From positions 1 to 41,954 of IMG/VR virus record IMGVR_UViG_3300037483_001211: DNA of 41,954 nt. One strand, 5' to 3'. The translations under genes and the position numbers were made by a program. The DNA comes from a virus (lineage: Duplodnaviria; Caudoviricetes). This document shows positions 26,451-36,174 of this stretch, piece after piece. The notes under the pieces are model-generated. The model was not told where the DNA came from and searched no databases. It was given only the letters and a program-made list of their open reading frames with translations. Every line of letters starts with the position of its first letter. Positions within the stretch are counted from its first letter, which is position 1.

Positions 26451-28228
26451 ACTTGCCTCAGTTCGCTCAGGGTTTCCGCCACCAGCAGGGCCTCGATCTC
26501 GCCCACGCTGCCGGACAACTCGTTCTCCACCTTGTCACAGCGATAACCGCCCGGCAGGCGAAAGGGCCGCGAACTGATCACCGTCTGGGTATGCTTCAGC
26601 ACCCCGTCGGCGTACAGCTTGAAGGTGCAGGGGTAGGCCGTGGCCTTGACCTGCGCCGCGCCGAAATTGGCCGGGCGCGGCAGATCATGCCGCTTGCCCA
26701 GCCGGGTCAGGGTTAGGGCATTACCCGCGTCCCAGGCCACGATGTCGTCGCCGCGCTGCAAATACAGGGTGTCGGTCAACAGATCGACGTGCACCGCCGT
26801 GGCGTGAATATCGGCGAAATCCACCGAACCGTCGGCCAGATCCAGAATCAGGCAGCCCTGCGCCGCGCCGGTGTCGTAGAAGGCGTAATACTTGCCGTTG
26901 TGCGCCGCCGCCACAAAGGACGACGGTTTCAGGGCCTGCCAGTCCGCACGGCGAAACAGCTGCCGGGTGGCGATCTCCGCCACGCCCGAGCCGATCATCA
27001 TCAGCCCGTCCGGGGACGGATAGGCCACGGCGCTGCCCAGATCGGCCATGCCTCGCCGCGACACGCAGGCCTGGTTGATCTCGGTGCGGTCCATGGTCAT
27101 ATAGCCCGGCTGCGCGCCGGTCGCCACATAGGGCACCCCCTCGGTCGTCACCAGCACGCTCGAGCCGAACACCTCCACGCCGACGATCGGGTAATCCGCC
27201 GCCAGCCGGTAGCGGGTCGGCCAGGCATGGCACTGGTAGGGCTCGCAGAAACAGACGTTCTTGCCGGAAAAGCCCACCAGCACCCCGTTGGGCATCGCCC
27301 GAATGCCCGCCAGGTCGTCCGGCGGCAGCGAATAGTCCTCCGTCGCCAGCACCTCCCCCAGATCGGCGGACAGGATGGCGTCTGTGGTGTCGATATCGGC
27401 GATGGCCTGCTCCGCCACGAACTGAAAGGCGCTGTCGCTGGCGGTGTTGATCCGGTACAGCCGCCGGTGAGTGATGTTGTAGCCGCCGACCGGCGCGGCG
27501 TTCAAGGCCGAGACGTTCACCGCCTGGCCGTTGACGAACTGTACGTCGATCGGATTGGAAGCCGGCGACGGCGGGCCCTCCTCGTCGATGCTGCTCCAGC
27601 GGCGGACGAAGGTTTCGACATAAGCCGTGGTCTCGGTATCACCGGTGCTAACTGCCGCCTCGCAGGTCCAGGTCACCGTGCCGTCGGCCACCGTGGCGGC
27701 CACCGTGGTCGGCCAGGCCGGCGCCGACCCGCCCGAAGTCCCCGCGATGGTCACCCGGTACAGGTAATCCCCGACCACCACCGTCTTGCCCAGGGCATAG
27801 GCGGTCGTCCCCGCCCAGGTGATGGCGGTCGTCGCCACCGTCGGCGCGCTGGTCGGCGCCGGAATACCCAGCAGATAGCTGTTGTTCGGGTACAGCGCCC
27901 CGCCGCCCGCCGTGGCGATCGAGGCATCGGTGACCTTCGGCACCCCGTCGCCGGTAAACACCGTGCGCTCCATGGTGTCGTTCGGGATCGGTGCCCGCAC
28001 CGCGTCCACCGCCGCCAGCCAGTGAAACCAGAACTGCCCGGCGAACAGATGGATACTCTTCTTCACCCCCGCCTTGGCCGGGGTCACCACGAAGGCCGTA
28101 TCCTTCAGCGGCCGCAGGTTGCCGTTGTCATGCACCGCGTTCTTCGACACCTGCGCCGCGCCCTCCGGCAGATACTGCGGCGCCAGGGCGGGGATCTGCC
28201 CGCGAAAACCGTTTTCCCGGATCAGCAT
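26447..28228 (-). CDS. Putative tail nozzle / tubular protein (podovirus)
   Basis: Start MLIRENGFRG with GGAGGT SD; beta-rich; FRG..P.LAP..LP..AQ..N and CFCEPY..HAWP motifs; follows the adaptor genes. Confidence 0.7.
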   Translation of the reverse strand: MLIRENGFRGQIPALAPQYLPEGAAQVSKNAVHDNGNLRPLKDTAFVVTPAKAGVKKSIHLFAGQFWFHWLAAVDAVRAPIPNDTMERTVFTGDGVPKVTDASIATAGGGALYPNNSYLLGIPAPTSAPTVATTAITWAGTTAYALGKTVVVGDYLYRVTIAGTSGGSAPAWPTTVAATVADGTVTWTCEAAVSTGDTETTAYVETFVRRWSSIDEEGPPSPASNPIDVQFVNGQAVNVSALNAAPVGGYNITHRRLYRINTASDSAFQFVAEQAIADIDTTDAILSADLGEVLATEDYSLPPDDLAGIRAMPNGVLVGFSGKNVCFCEPYQCHAWPTRYRLAADYPIVGVEVFGSSVLVTTEGVPYVATGAQPGYMTMDRTEINQACVSRRGMADLGSAVAYPSPDGLMMIGSGVAEIATRQLFRRADWQALKPSSFVAAAHNGKYYAFYDTGAAQGCLILDLADGSVDFADIHATAVHVDLLTDTLYLQRGDDIVAWDAGNALTLTRLGKRHDLPRPANFGAAQVKATAYPCTFKLYADGVLKHTQTVISSRPFRLPGGYRCDKVENELSGSVGEIEALLVAETLSELRQV

Positions 28229-28241
28229 GAAACCTCCATTC

Positions 28242-28901
28242 CTATTGGGGCCGCCGGGCCGTGCGCGGCTGCGTCTTCTGTTCCGCCAGTTCCGCCACCC
28301 CCAGCCCCTGCATGAAGGCCTGCAGGTAGCCCGCCGCCCGGGCCGGACTGCCCTCCTCGGTCTCTTTGGCAAAGGCCCGGTGGAGAATAAAATGGTACAG
28401 ATCGTTGGCGTACTCGTCGCCCAGCGCCAGCGGATCAGCCAGCACGCAGTCGGCCGGGTTGTCCGCCCGCACCTGCTCCACGTAGCCCTGGCCGCTCGCC
28501 GGCTGTGGCGGAAAGACCCAGAACACCTTCGGGTCGCGCTCGTCGAAACAGTAATATTCCACCTTGGTGTTCACCGCCGCCGCATGCCAGTTCGGCAACA
28601 CCATGTCCAGGGTCTGCCGAGAAATCGGCCGGATCGCCGCGCCCGGGGTCGTGCCGTCCGTCCCCAGGTTGCGCGCCAGCTCGATCAGCGAAATCGCGGC
28701 CGACGGCAGGCTCTGCTTGGTGCCCGCCACCATCTGCACCGCGGCATGCACCGCGTTGGCATCCGGTTTCAGCTTGACGATTTCCCGCTGCCCGTCGTTC
28801 AGGTAGCCCAGCAGCTCCGTTTCCGTCCACCGGATCCCGGTACCCGACTCCAGCAGCGTCACCTTCGCCATATCCACCACCTGTTGCGCCGTCTTGGCCA
28901 T
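28242..28901 (-). CDS. Putative head-tail adaptor protein
   Basis: RWTETELLGYLNDGQREIVKLKPDA..L..FILHRAFAKE pattern; position. Confidence 0.7.
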   Translation of the reverse strand: MAKTAQQVVDMAKVTLLESGTGIRWTETELLGYLNDGQREIVKLKPDANAVHAAVQMVAGTKQSLPSAAISLIELARNLGTDGTTPGAAIRPISRQTLDMVLPNWHAAAVNTKVEYYCFDERDPKVFWVFPPQPASGQGYVEQVRADNPADCVLADPLALGDEYANDLYHFILHRAFAKETEEGSPARAAGYLQAFMQGLGVAELAEQKTQPRTARRPQ

Positions 28902-28911
28902 TGATCCCCTC

Positions 28912-29517
28912 CTACAGCCCGTTGATGGTGTCGGCCATCAACTGCTCCGCCACCATGTCCTTGGCCGCCAGCAGCGCATCGACCTGCGACTGGATCAGCC
29001 CCACGAACGCCCGGTCCGCCACCACCGTCAGCCCGCCGGTCAGCACCGCCACACAGCCCTCGACCAGCACGTCGTCGAACTCGCCGTAATACGGCAGCTC
29101 GTCCGCCAGGCTCTCCGGAATCGGCGGCGTGCCATAATAGGGCACCAGCACCGTATAGGCCGCATCGGTCACCGGGAAGATCCGCAGCACCCGACCGATC
29201 ACCTGATAGTATTTCGGCGGCCCGGCGGCCAGGGAGGCCTGCGCCGACGCGGGACCGGGCAGCGGCTTCAGCGCCGCGCCGGCGGACACATAGGGCCGCT
29301 CAAACAATGCCCGAAAATCCTCCGGCAGCTCCGCCCGCTGCTCACCGGCGGCAAAATACAGCTCGGCCTCCGGGTCCTGGACCAGCAGCTCCGAACGCTT
29401 CAGCAACAGCCGCCCGGCGATGATGCCCTGCACCTCGCGCAGCGCCTCGAAGATCGTGCATAGCGCCGGGCCCTGCAGCCGTGGCAGCACCTGGTTGAAC
29501 ACCTCCTGCACCGTCAT
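28912..29517 (-). CDS. Second adaptor-like structural protein
   Basis: MTVQEVFNQV..LPEDF..GPPKYY..LRIFP pattern; position. Confidence 0.55.
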   Translation of the reverse strand: MTVQEVFNQVLPRLQGPALCTIFEALREVQGIIAGRLLLKRSELLVQDPEAELYFAAGEQRAELPEDFRALFERPYVSAGAALKPLPGPASAQASLAAGPPKYYQVIGRVLRIFPVTDAAYTVLVPYYGTPPIPESLADELPYYGEFDDVLVEGCVAVLTGGLTVVADRAFVGLIQSQVDALLAAKDMVAEQLMADTINGL

Positions 29518-31074
29518 TTACAGCCTCCCTTTCCGCCAGTTGTGATAGACCTTCTCCACCGCGGCGTAAATCTCCACCGGGCCGATCTTCACCGCGCAAT
29601 CCGCCGCGCCCGTGTAATCGTCGATCACGCAGAATTCCGAACTGTAGTGCAGCCGGTGGCAGGGATGACATGGACAGTCCTCCGGCACGAGCGCCTGGGT
29701 ATTCTTCCAATGTTTGCTCAGGTTGTTCGCCGAACTATGCGACAGAAACAAAATCTTGTGCGGACTCCGGTCCATGCCCACCCCGTTCAGCACCCCCGTC
29801 TCCGGCCCGATCACCAGATCCACCTGCTGCGCCAGGGCCAGCGTTGCGCGGATTGAGAGCTTGTCCGACAGACAGACCACCCGGGGCTCTTCCTCCCAGC
29901 CCTGCTCCAGAAGCTGACAAGCCAGATCGCCCACCAGGTAAATCCGCACCTGCGGCATGTCCAGCAGCATCCGGGCAATCACCGCGTCCTGATGCGGGGT
30001 AAATTTGTGAATTGACGAACCCGCCAGCGCCCACAGCACGGAGAAACATCCCTCCTCAATACGGGCCCGCGCTTCCGCCATCTCGTCATCCGTCGGCCAG
30101 AACAGCGTTGTCGGCTTGAACTCCACCCCGGCAAGCTCCGCCGTCCACTCGTGATAATTCAGATTCAACCGCTTCTTGCGCACCACATGGGGCCAGGCGT
30201 GATTGGCCCGGCCGTGGATCGCCAACAGATGCCCCTCGATCGACTCCGAAAGATTCACGAACCGGTCAAACCGCGTCGCCTGCTCCGCCCAAAACGCGGT
30301 CAGCTCACTGTTCGGCACCTGGTCCTGGTCGACGATATACCAGTCGTCCACGTGCGGATCATGCCGGATCACGTCCCGCCCTTTCGGCGTCGTCATTACC
30401 GTCAGATGGAAACCTTCGGCCTTCAGTTGCGGGAACACCACGGAAGCCTGCAGCATGTCGCCAAACCCGCCGAAGCGGCAGACGCAGGCGGTTTTCTCCG
30501 GCCGGTTCCGCTTCGCCTTCACCGGCAGGGTCAGACAGTCCGCGTCGGAGTCGTCCTCCGTGGTCAATTTCAGGTAAACCTCGAACAAGCTGTACTCAAT
30601 CCCCTCGCCGCGCTCCTCGCACTCCACCTGCCGGAACCAGTAGGGTGAATCATCCAGCAGACGCTCAATATCCCCCGGATAAATGTCATGCTTGTGGTCC
30701 GGGTTGGCCCCCGGCTCGTCACACTTCGGATACAGATTCGCGCTCGGCACGTACAGGCACAGGTAACCGCCCGGCTTCAGCACCCGGCACCACTCGTTCA
30801 GCGCCGCCTGCATATCCGCCATGTGCTCCAGCACGTGAGACGAGAAGACGAAATCCATCGACCCGTCGGCAAACAGCGAAAGGTCATCCGCCTCGCACAA
30901 AAAATCCGCCGCCCCTTGGCCGAAATGGTGGCCGTTGTCGATGCCGATGACATGGGGAAAGGCCTTCTCCATGCCGCAGCCGATCTCCAATCCCCTGCCC
31001 CGGGTATACCGGGGCAGCAGATATTTGATTTTGCGCGATTCGAAGCCCTGCGGGCCGTCAGGTGACCAGGTCAC
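29518..31074 (-). CDS. SAM methyltransferase - glycosyltransferase family 9-like fusion
   Basis: N-terminal GLEIGCG, DFVFSSHVLEH, EWCRVLKPGG; C-terminal RFGGFGDML..PQLK, DLVIGPETGVLN, CPCHPC. Confidence 0.85.
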   Translation of the reverse strand: MTWSPDGPQGFESRKIKYLLPRYTRGRGLEIGCGMEKAFPHVIGIDNGHHFGQGAADFLCEADDLSLFADGSMDFVFSSHVLEHMADMQAALNEWCRVLKPGGYLCLYVPSANLYPKCDEPGANPDHKHDIYPGDIERLLDDSPYWFRQVECEERGEGIEYSLFEVYLKLTTEDDSDADCLTLPVKAKRNRPEKTACVCRFGGFGDMLQASVVFPQLKAEGFHLTVMTTPKGRDVIRHDPHVDDWYIVDQDQVPNSELTAFWAEQATRFDRFVNLSESIEGHLLAIHGRANHAWPHVVRKKRLNLNYHEWTAELAGVEFKPTTLFWPTDDEMAEARARIEEGCFSVLWALAGSSIHKFTPHQDAVIARMLLDMPQVRIYLVGDLACQLLEQGWEEEPRVVCLSDKLSIRATLALAQQVDLVIGPETGVLNGVGMDRSPHKILFLSHSSANNLSKHWKNTQALVPEDCPCHPCHRLHYSSEFCVIDDYTGAADCAVKIGPVEIYAAVEKVYHNWRKGRL

Positions 31075-31077
31075 GGC

Positions 31078-31527
31078 CTATCCTCCGGTCTGCATCGACA
31101 GTTGATCGTCGAGGTCGTCGGTTTTCTTGGTGCCCTTCTTGCCGATGGATTCCTTGCCGGCTTCGGCAGGCTTGGTCAGATCTTCAAGTTGGGCCGTCAG
31201 GCGCCCGATCTCCACCTCCGCCGTGTCGAGCTTGCCCTGCACCTCCTCGGTCCGGGCTTCGGCATCGGCCTGGACATCGCGCACCTTGCCGACTTCGCCC
31301 TGCAACCGCTCGTTCTCGGCCAGCAGCTCCTGGATCTGCGCCTTCAGACCGGCGTCATCGCCGCCCACCACAACCGTCGCCGCCTTCGGGATCTCCACCT
31401 CCTCGAATCCGGGCAACTCGTTGCCGGCACCGTCGAAGCAAATACCGAACTGCTCAAAGGCCGCGCTGCCGCTGCCGAAAACACTGCCGTAGGGTTGACT
31501 CCGGTCGAGCTTGCGTTTTGCCGCCAT
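31078..31527 (-). CDS. Hypothetical coiled-coil protein
   Basis: Start MAAKRKLD with AGGAG SD; heptad region; F.Q.G..FD..G.E N-terminal motif. Confidence 0.7.
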   Translation of the reverse strand: MAAKRKLDRSQPYGSVFGSGSAAFEQFGICFDGAGNELPGFEEVEIPKAATVVVGGDDAGLKAQIQELLAENERLQGEVGKVRDVQADAEARTEEVQGKLDTAEVEIGRLTAQLEDLTKPAEAGKESIGKKGTKKTDDLDDQLSMQTGG

Positions 31528-31555
31528 CGCTTTTCGCTCCTGAAAAAAGGTTGTG

Positions 31556-31723
31556 TTACTTGTCGCTGCCGGTGTCCTTGCGGATCGACGTGCCGCCGGT
31601 GTAGCCCTTGCCCAGCCCGTCCTTCCCCGCGCCATAGGTGTCGGTCACCCCCGAGTTGACGCCGCGATCCGGCAGATCGCGCCCTTCGCACTTGCCATTC
31701 GGCAATCGCTGGTCCTTCTTCAT
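31556..31723 (-). CDS. Small hypothetical protein (55 aa, MKKDQRLPNGKCEGRDLPDRG...)
   Basis: Hand-translated; AAGGAG SD; fills the gap after the capsid terminator. Confidence 0.65.
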   Translation of the reverse strand: MKKDQRLPNGKCEGRDLPDRGVNSGVTDTYGAGKDGLGKGYTGGTSIRKDTGSDK

Positions 31724-31737
31724 CGCTTTCGCTCCTT

Positions 31738-31766
31738 AAAAAACGGGGGCAGGGTTCCTGCCCCCG
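31738..31766 (-). terminator. Rho-independent terminator after the major capsid gene
   Basis: 10-bp stem CGGGGGCAGG/CCTGCCCCCG followed by T6 on the minus strand. Confidence 0.8.
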
Positions 31767-31784
31767 CAGGGTCAATGATCACGA

Positions 31785-32726
31785 TCAGGCCGCGCTATCC
31801 CACTTGACGATCCGCTCGTCGGCGGCCGTCAGACGGTTCTTGGCGAAGCCGCCCAGGTAGTACCAGGCCACCCCCTGGCTGCGGCCGAAGTCGGTGGGAA
31901 TCTTGCCTCGCACCTCTTCCGGTACCGCGCACCCCTCGGCAACGGCGTCCTCGCCGAAGAAGAAGATCCAGTTCGACTTGTTCTGGCCGAAGTTAGTCCC
32001 CTTGCCGACGTTGGTCTGCTCGATGTAGCGGGTGTTTTCGTATCGGCCGATCTCGCCGTTGAGGATCATCTGGAAACCGGCCTGGGTGTACTGGTGCACC
32101 GCTTCCAGATCGTTCTTCAGTTTGCGCAGGGTTGTCGGCCAGGCGATGGCCATGTAGTCATCGCCCATATACGGCGGGATGTTGCGCTCCTTCATCACGT
32201 CAACCACCGACTTGGCGTGATCCTTGCCGAACGCCACGTTGTTGGTGGCGGTCGCCGTGCCGTTGGTGGTCAGGGTCACCGCGTCGGTGGCCGTGCCGCC
32301 GGTCGGTGCCACGCGCAGCAGCGCGGTGTTGAACTGGGCGTGTACCCCGAGGTCGAAGGCCTTCTTGGCGTCGTTTTTCAGCGCCTTGTTGACGATCTCG
32401 CGCACCGGGACTTCCGACAGATTGTCCAGCAGCCCGGTATAAGGGACGCTGTTGCCGTATTCGACCATCGTCATCGTCCCCTGACTGATGGTGAAGTTGG
32501 TTTCGGGCATGGTGTTGGTTTCGACCAGCACCGTTCCCTGGGTCGCCACGTCGGAAAAAACGTCCCAGTGAAACAGCTGCCCCTTGTTTTTGCCGACCGC
32601 ATCCTTCAGGTCGGCGAACTGGCGAAATTTCACCATCGGCTGCACCACCTGGCGCAGCTCCTTGCTGAGATTCTTGGCGCTCATGTAGCCGCCCAGGGTG
32701 TTCGTCACCCAAACTTGTCCAGCCAT
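31785..32726 (-). CDS. Major capsid protein (N4-gp56-like)
   Basis: MAGQVW..LSKELR..QP..KFRQFAD, EYGNSVPYTG, GEIGRYEN.R, DFGRS.GVAWY; follows scaffold, precedes terminator. Confidence 0.85.
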   Translation of the reverse strand: MAGQVWVTNTLGGYMSAKNLSKELRQVVQPMVKFRQFADLKDAVGKNKGQLFHWDVFSDVATQGTVLVETNTMPETNFTISQGTMTMVEYGNSVPYTGLLDNLSEVPVREIVNKALKNDAKKAFDLGVHAQFNTALLRVAPTGGTATDAVTLTTNGTATATNNVAFGKDHAKSVVDVMKERNIPPYMGDDYMAIAWPTTLRKLKNDLEAVHQYTQAGFQMILNGEIGRYENTRYIEQTNVGKGTNFGQNKSNWIFFFGEDAVAEGCAVPEEVRGKIPTDFGRSQGVAWYYLGGFAKNRLTAADERIVKWDSAA

Positions 32727-32779
32727 TATGGCCTCCCGGCGGGTGTTCTCCCGCAAAATGAGGGTTGAATTTTATTGAC

Positions 32780-33754
32780 TTACGCGGGCAGCCCGCGCGC
32801 CTTGCGCATCTGCGCGATGATATCGGCGCGGGACTCCCCGGCTTCCCCCGGTGCCGTATCGGCCCGGGCCCCGGCGGCCACTGGCAGCTGATCGAGCTGC
32901 TTTTTGCGCTCCTGGCGTTTTTCGATCTCGCTCTTTTGCGGCACGGTGGATCGTTCCTTGGCGAAGACCGTGCGCACCTTCTCGGCCGTCTCGTTCAGCG
33001 CCTGCTGGTAGCTGATCTCCCCGGTCTTCACGCGCTTTTCGAAGTCCCGCACAAACACGTAGTCCCCGTACTGCCGCTCCTCGCTGAGAACGGGATTGCC
33101 CGTTTCGGAATTGACCTGATCGCTGAACTCCGGATGTTCCGCGACAAAGGACTCCCAAACCTCCGCCGCCTGGGTCTGCTCCTGCTCCCTGACCAGCTCG
33201 GCCTTGACCCTGCCGACCAGTTGCTTCTCATCGATGGGGGTAGCCGCCTGGCGCCCCTTCTTGAGCACTTCGCGCAGGGCTGCGGCGCCCTTCTCCTCGT
33301 CCCCTTCGACCAGCGCATTCATCACCTCGGAAACGCGGGCGTTGATTTCATCGTCCGTGGTTTCCGGCGCGGCGAGCTGCGCCACCAGTTGCTGCTCCAG
33401 CAGCCGCTCCTTCTCTGCCAGGGCCGCCTGCAAGTCCCTCTCCCGCTGCGAAAGCGAGCGCAGCCGCCCTTGCGACGACTGTAGCTCGTTCATCACCGTG
33501 TCGAGGGACCTCTCCTCCTCCCGATCGCCGATCTTGACGCGGAGCTTGAAACGCTTCGGGTCGTCGACCAGCACCGTCTCCTCCATGTCCGCCGACAACG
33601 GGGCCTGCTGATGGATCTGACCGGACAGCGCCTGTTCGTGCCGCCCGTCGATTTGCTCCATCATGGTTTCGCGCGCGGATTTCGGCCGCTGCGCCCCTTC
33701 TTCGTCCGTCCTCTGCTCCGCGCCGGGATTGGTAGCGGTATCAACGGTTGTCAT
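32780..33754 (-). CDS. Putative capsid scaffolding protein
   Basis: Acidic coiled coil, KVKIGDREEE.SL, C-terminal IIAQMRKARG; directly before the capsid gene. Confidence 0.7.
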   Translation of the reverse strand: MTTVDTATNPGAEQRTDEEGAQRPKSARETMMEQIDGRHEQALSGQIHQQAPLSADMEETVLVDDPKRFKLRVKIGDREEERSLDTVMNELQSSQGRLRSLSQRERDLQAALAEKERLLEQQLVAQLAAPETTDDEINARVSEVMNALVEGDEEKGAAALREVLKKGRQAATPIDEKQLVGRVKAELVREQEQTQAAEVWESFVAEHPEFSDQVNSETGNPVLSEERQYGDYVFVRDFEKRVKTGEISYQQALNETAEKVRTVFAKERSTVPQKSEIEKRQERKKQLDQLPVAAGARADTAPGEAGESRADIIAQMRKARGLPA

Positions 33755-34036
33755 CTAAAGTTCCTCCCCTTTAAGTTGGTTTTCGGCGTGCCATCCCTCC
33801 TGGATGATCCCCGCCAGCCAGCTATCGATATTCTCCGTACGGCGGATGATCAGCCGCGCCTCGATGAACTTTTCCGTATCCCGCAGGTCGCCGGTCTTCA
33901 GCGTCTCCAGCGCCTGCTCGGCCTCTTCCCGCAGCCGCGTCAGCAGGTGCTCCCCGATCGGCCCGCGCATAAACGCCTCGACCTCGATGCCGAACTCCAC
34001 CCGCTGCAGCAGATCCTTCTCGCCGCCGCCGTTCAT
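33755..34036 (-). CDS. Small conserved protein between portal and scaffold
   Basis: 93 aa, helical; ATGA overlap with the portal stop. Confidence 0.7.
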   Translation of the reverse strand: MNGGGEKDLLQRVEFGIEVEAFMRGPIGEHLLTRLREEAEQALETLKTGDLRDTEKFIEARLIIRRTENIDSWLAGIIQEGWHAENQLKGEEL

Positions 34037-36174
34037 GCCGGCACCTGTTCCATATCAGGTTGAACACTCGGGGCCGCCTCCATCCCCGCCATCATCCCCC
34101 GTGCCGCGTTGGCCGGGAAATTCGGCGAGGTGTTCACCGGCATCCGCCCCTCTACGGGGATCTCCTGCGGCGCCCCACCCTCCGGGTAGGCCGTCCCGCC
34201 ATCCTGGTCCTCAAATCCGGCGCTTTGGGCAATGGCATCCGCCACCGCCGTCACCCCCGGCGTGGTCACCGCCACCTGCGCCGTGTTCATCGCGCCGAAC
34301 AGCGACTGCACCCGCTTGTTGGTCGCCTCCACCTTCTTCAGCGCCGCCTCCGCCAACAGTTTCTGCACCTGCGCCGCCACCATCTCCGGCGGATTCTTCG
34401 CCTGCAGTGCCTGCTGCAGCTGCTCGATCAACTGCATCGCTTGCGCCAGGCGCGGGTCCTGTTCCTCGTCCTGCGGCGGCAGGAAGCGCGAGCCGTCCTT
34501 GTAACCGCTCTTGCCGAACACCTCCTTGACGATCTCCCGTTCCCCCTCCGATAATGCCCGGCTGAGAAAGTCCGCGCCCAGGATCTCGGCCAGCAGCTTC
34601 ATCGCCATCACGAACCGCTGCAGCTGCATCTGCGGGTTGATCGCCCCGATGCCGACATTCACCGTCAGCAGGGTCTGCTGCACCAGCATCGCCTCGGTGA
34701 TCTGCTGCGGGTCGATGCCCGCCGCCTGCGCCGCCGCCGTCAGGATCTGCTGGTCCGACTCGTGGGCCTGCTCCAGCATCAGCACCTGCCGCAGCACCGG
34801 TTCCACCCAAGTTTCGGTGAAGGTGCGCAGCTGGTACTCCGACACCTGGTTGGCGTTGGCGCTCAGCATCTGCATGCCGCCCACCGTCTCGTTCAGCGAT
34901 CGGTTGCTCGCCACGCTCGAACCCGAGAACACCCCGCTCACGTCGTCGAAATCCAGATTCAGCCGGTCCTGCTCCTGGTAACTGGAGGCCGTCGCGTCAT
35001 CTGTGGTAATGACCCGAACGTCCGTCGCCACGTTGTCCATCAGCGTCACCGAAGCCGGTGAGTTGCGGGTCAGGCTGCGCAGGTCGATATTCTTGCCCCG
35101 CGCCGCGAAATAGCGCTTGTTCAGCATCAGGTTGATGTTGTCAATCCGCTTGTTGGCCAGGTCGTTGATCTCTGCCTGCACGTCGCGGGTCAGGCTGCAG
35201 ACGCTCGCCGGATAGGCTTTGTGCGCCTCCACCACCGAAAAGCCGATCACCAGCGGCCGGCCCTGCGGGTACTCCTCCTCCACCAGCATCGGTTCCGACA
35301 GCATCCGCTCCGTCCCCAGTGTGTAGAAAAAAACATCCACACCGTCGACCTCGATGAAATTCTGATGCACCCAGACGATGGAAAAATCGTTGGCCGCCGT
35401 GTTCGCCTGCTTCGAGTCCGTGCCGTTACCCTCGCGCGCCTGGCGGATCGAATCGCTCATCTTGCTCGCCGCCAGGATATCCCCGTCCCCATACGCGCGC
35501 CATTTCGCCTTGCCCGTCTGAGGGTCCGGCCGCATCCGCGCCTTCACGTCCTTGACGTACATCGGCCAGTAGACAATCAGGTACGGCGACGAGCTCACCA
35601 CGTCCCGCCAATCCGCCGCCGGGTCGAAACGCACGTTCTCGATGGGCAGCATCATCACCTCCGGCCGGTCCACCCGCTTGCGCTCGTTGTAGACCCAGCG
35701 CTGAAACGACGCCACCAGCCCCACCGTTTGCGCCTCCTGATAAGCTCCCTGGCAGGTCAGAAACCACGGCAGGCCCTGCGGATGCGGCCGGGTCAGGCGC
35801 AACTGCAGCAACGCCTGCTGCAGCTTGGCGCCCGCCATCTGCTCCGGATCGTCCACGTCCACCGGCCGCAGGCTGACAACATCCTCCGTCGAGAAAAACG
35901 CCCCGGCGGCAATCGCCTCGTTCTTGCGGATCGTCGCCCGGGTCTTCGGCCGGAACAGCTTCGACTTCAGGCGGTAGGCGTCGGTGAAATACTTCGAGCC
36001 CTCCGGATGCTCCCCCTGAAACTGGCGGATATCCTGAATCACCCTGGTGCGCACGTTCACGTCGAAAAAGTTCGTCGAACTGGTATTGGCGTCCCGCGCC
36101 AGACCCAGCCAGAAACCGTCCCGGTCGACGCCCCGCTCTGCGGAATCCTGCATTTCAGCCGTCGCTTCACTCAT
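34033..36174 (-). CDS. Portal protein
   Basis: 713 aa after the terminase; SKLFRPKTR, ENVRFDP, Q.EINDL.NKRIDN, NETVGGM, Gln-rich helical barrel C-terminus. Confidence 0.85.
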   Translation of the reverse strand: MSEATAEMQDSAERGVDRDGFWLGLARDANTSSTNFFDVNVRTRVIQDIRQFQGEHPEGSKYFTDAYRLKSKLFRPKTRATIRKNEAIAAGAFFSTEDVVSLRPVDVDDPEQMAGAKLQQALLQLRLTRPHPQGLPWFLTCQGAYQEAQTVGLVASFQRWVYNERKRVDRPEVMMLPIENVRFDPAADWRDVVSSSPYLIVYWPMYVKDVKARMRPDPQTGKAKWRAYGDGDILAASKMSDSIRQAREGNGTDSKQANTAANDFSIVWVHQNFIEVDGVDVFFYTLGTERMLSEPMLVEEEYPQGRPLVIGFSVVEAHKAYPASVCSLTRDVQAEINDLANKRIDNINLMLNKRYFAARGKNIDLRSLTRNSPASVTLMDNVATDVRVITTDDATASSYQEQDRLNLDFDDVSGVFSGSSVASNRSLNETVGGMQMLSANANQVSEYQLRTFTETWVEPVLRQVLMLEQAHESDQQILTAAAQAAGIDPQQITEAMLVQQTLLTVNVGIGAINPQMQLQRFVMAMKLLAEILGADFLSRALSEGEREIVKEVFGKSGYKDGSRFLPPQDEEQDPRLAQAMQLIEQLQQALQAKNPPEMVAAQVQKLLAEAALKKVEATNKRVQSLFGAMNTAQVAVTTPGVTAVADAIAQSAGFEDQDGGTAYPEGGAPQEIPVEGRMPVNTSPNFPANAARGMMAGMEAAPSVQPDMEQVPA

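Noticed and set aside
24648-28228. Second DGR variable repeat in other tail genes
   Set aside because: No TR-like sequence found by eye at their 3' ends or elsewhere in the window
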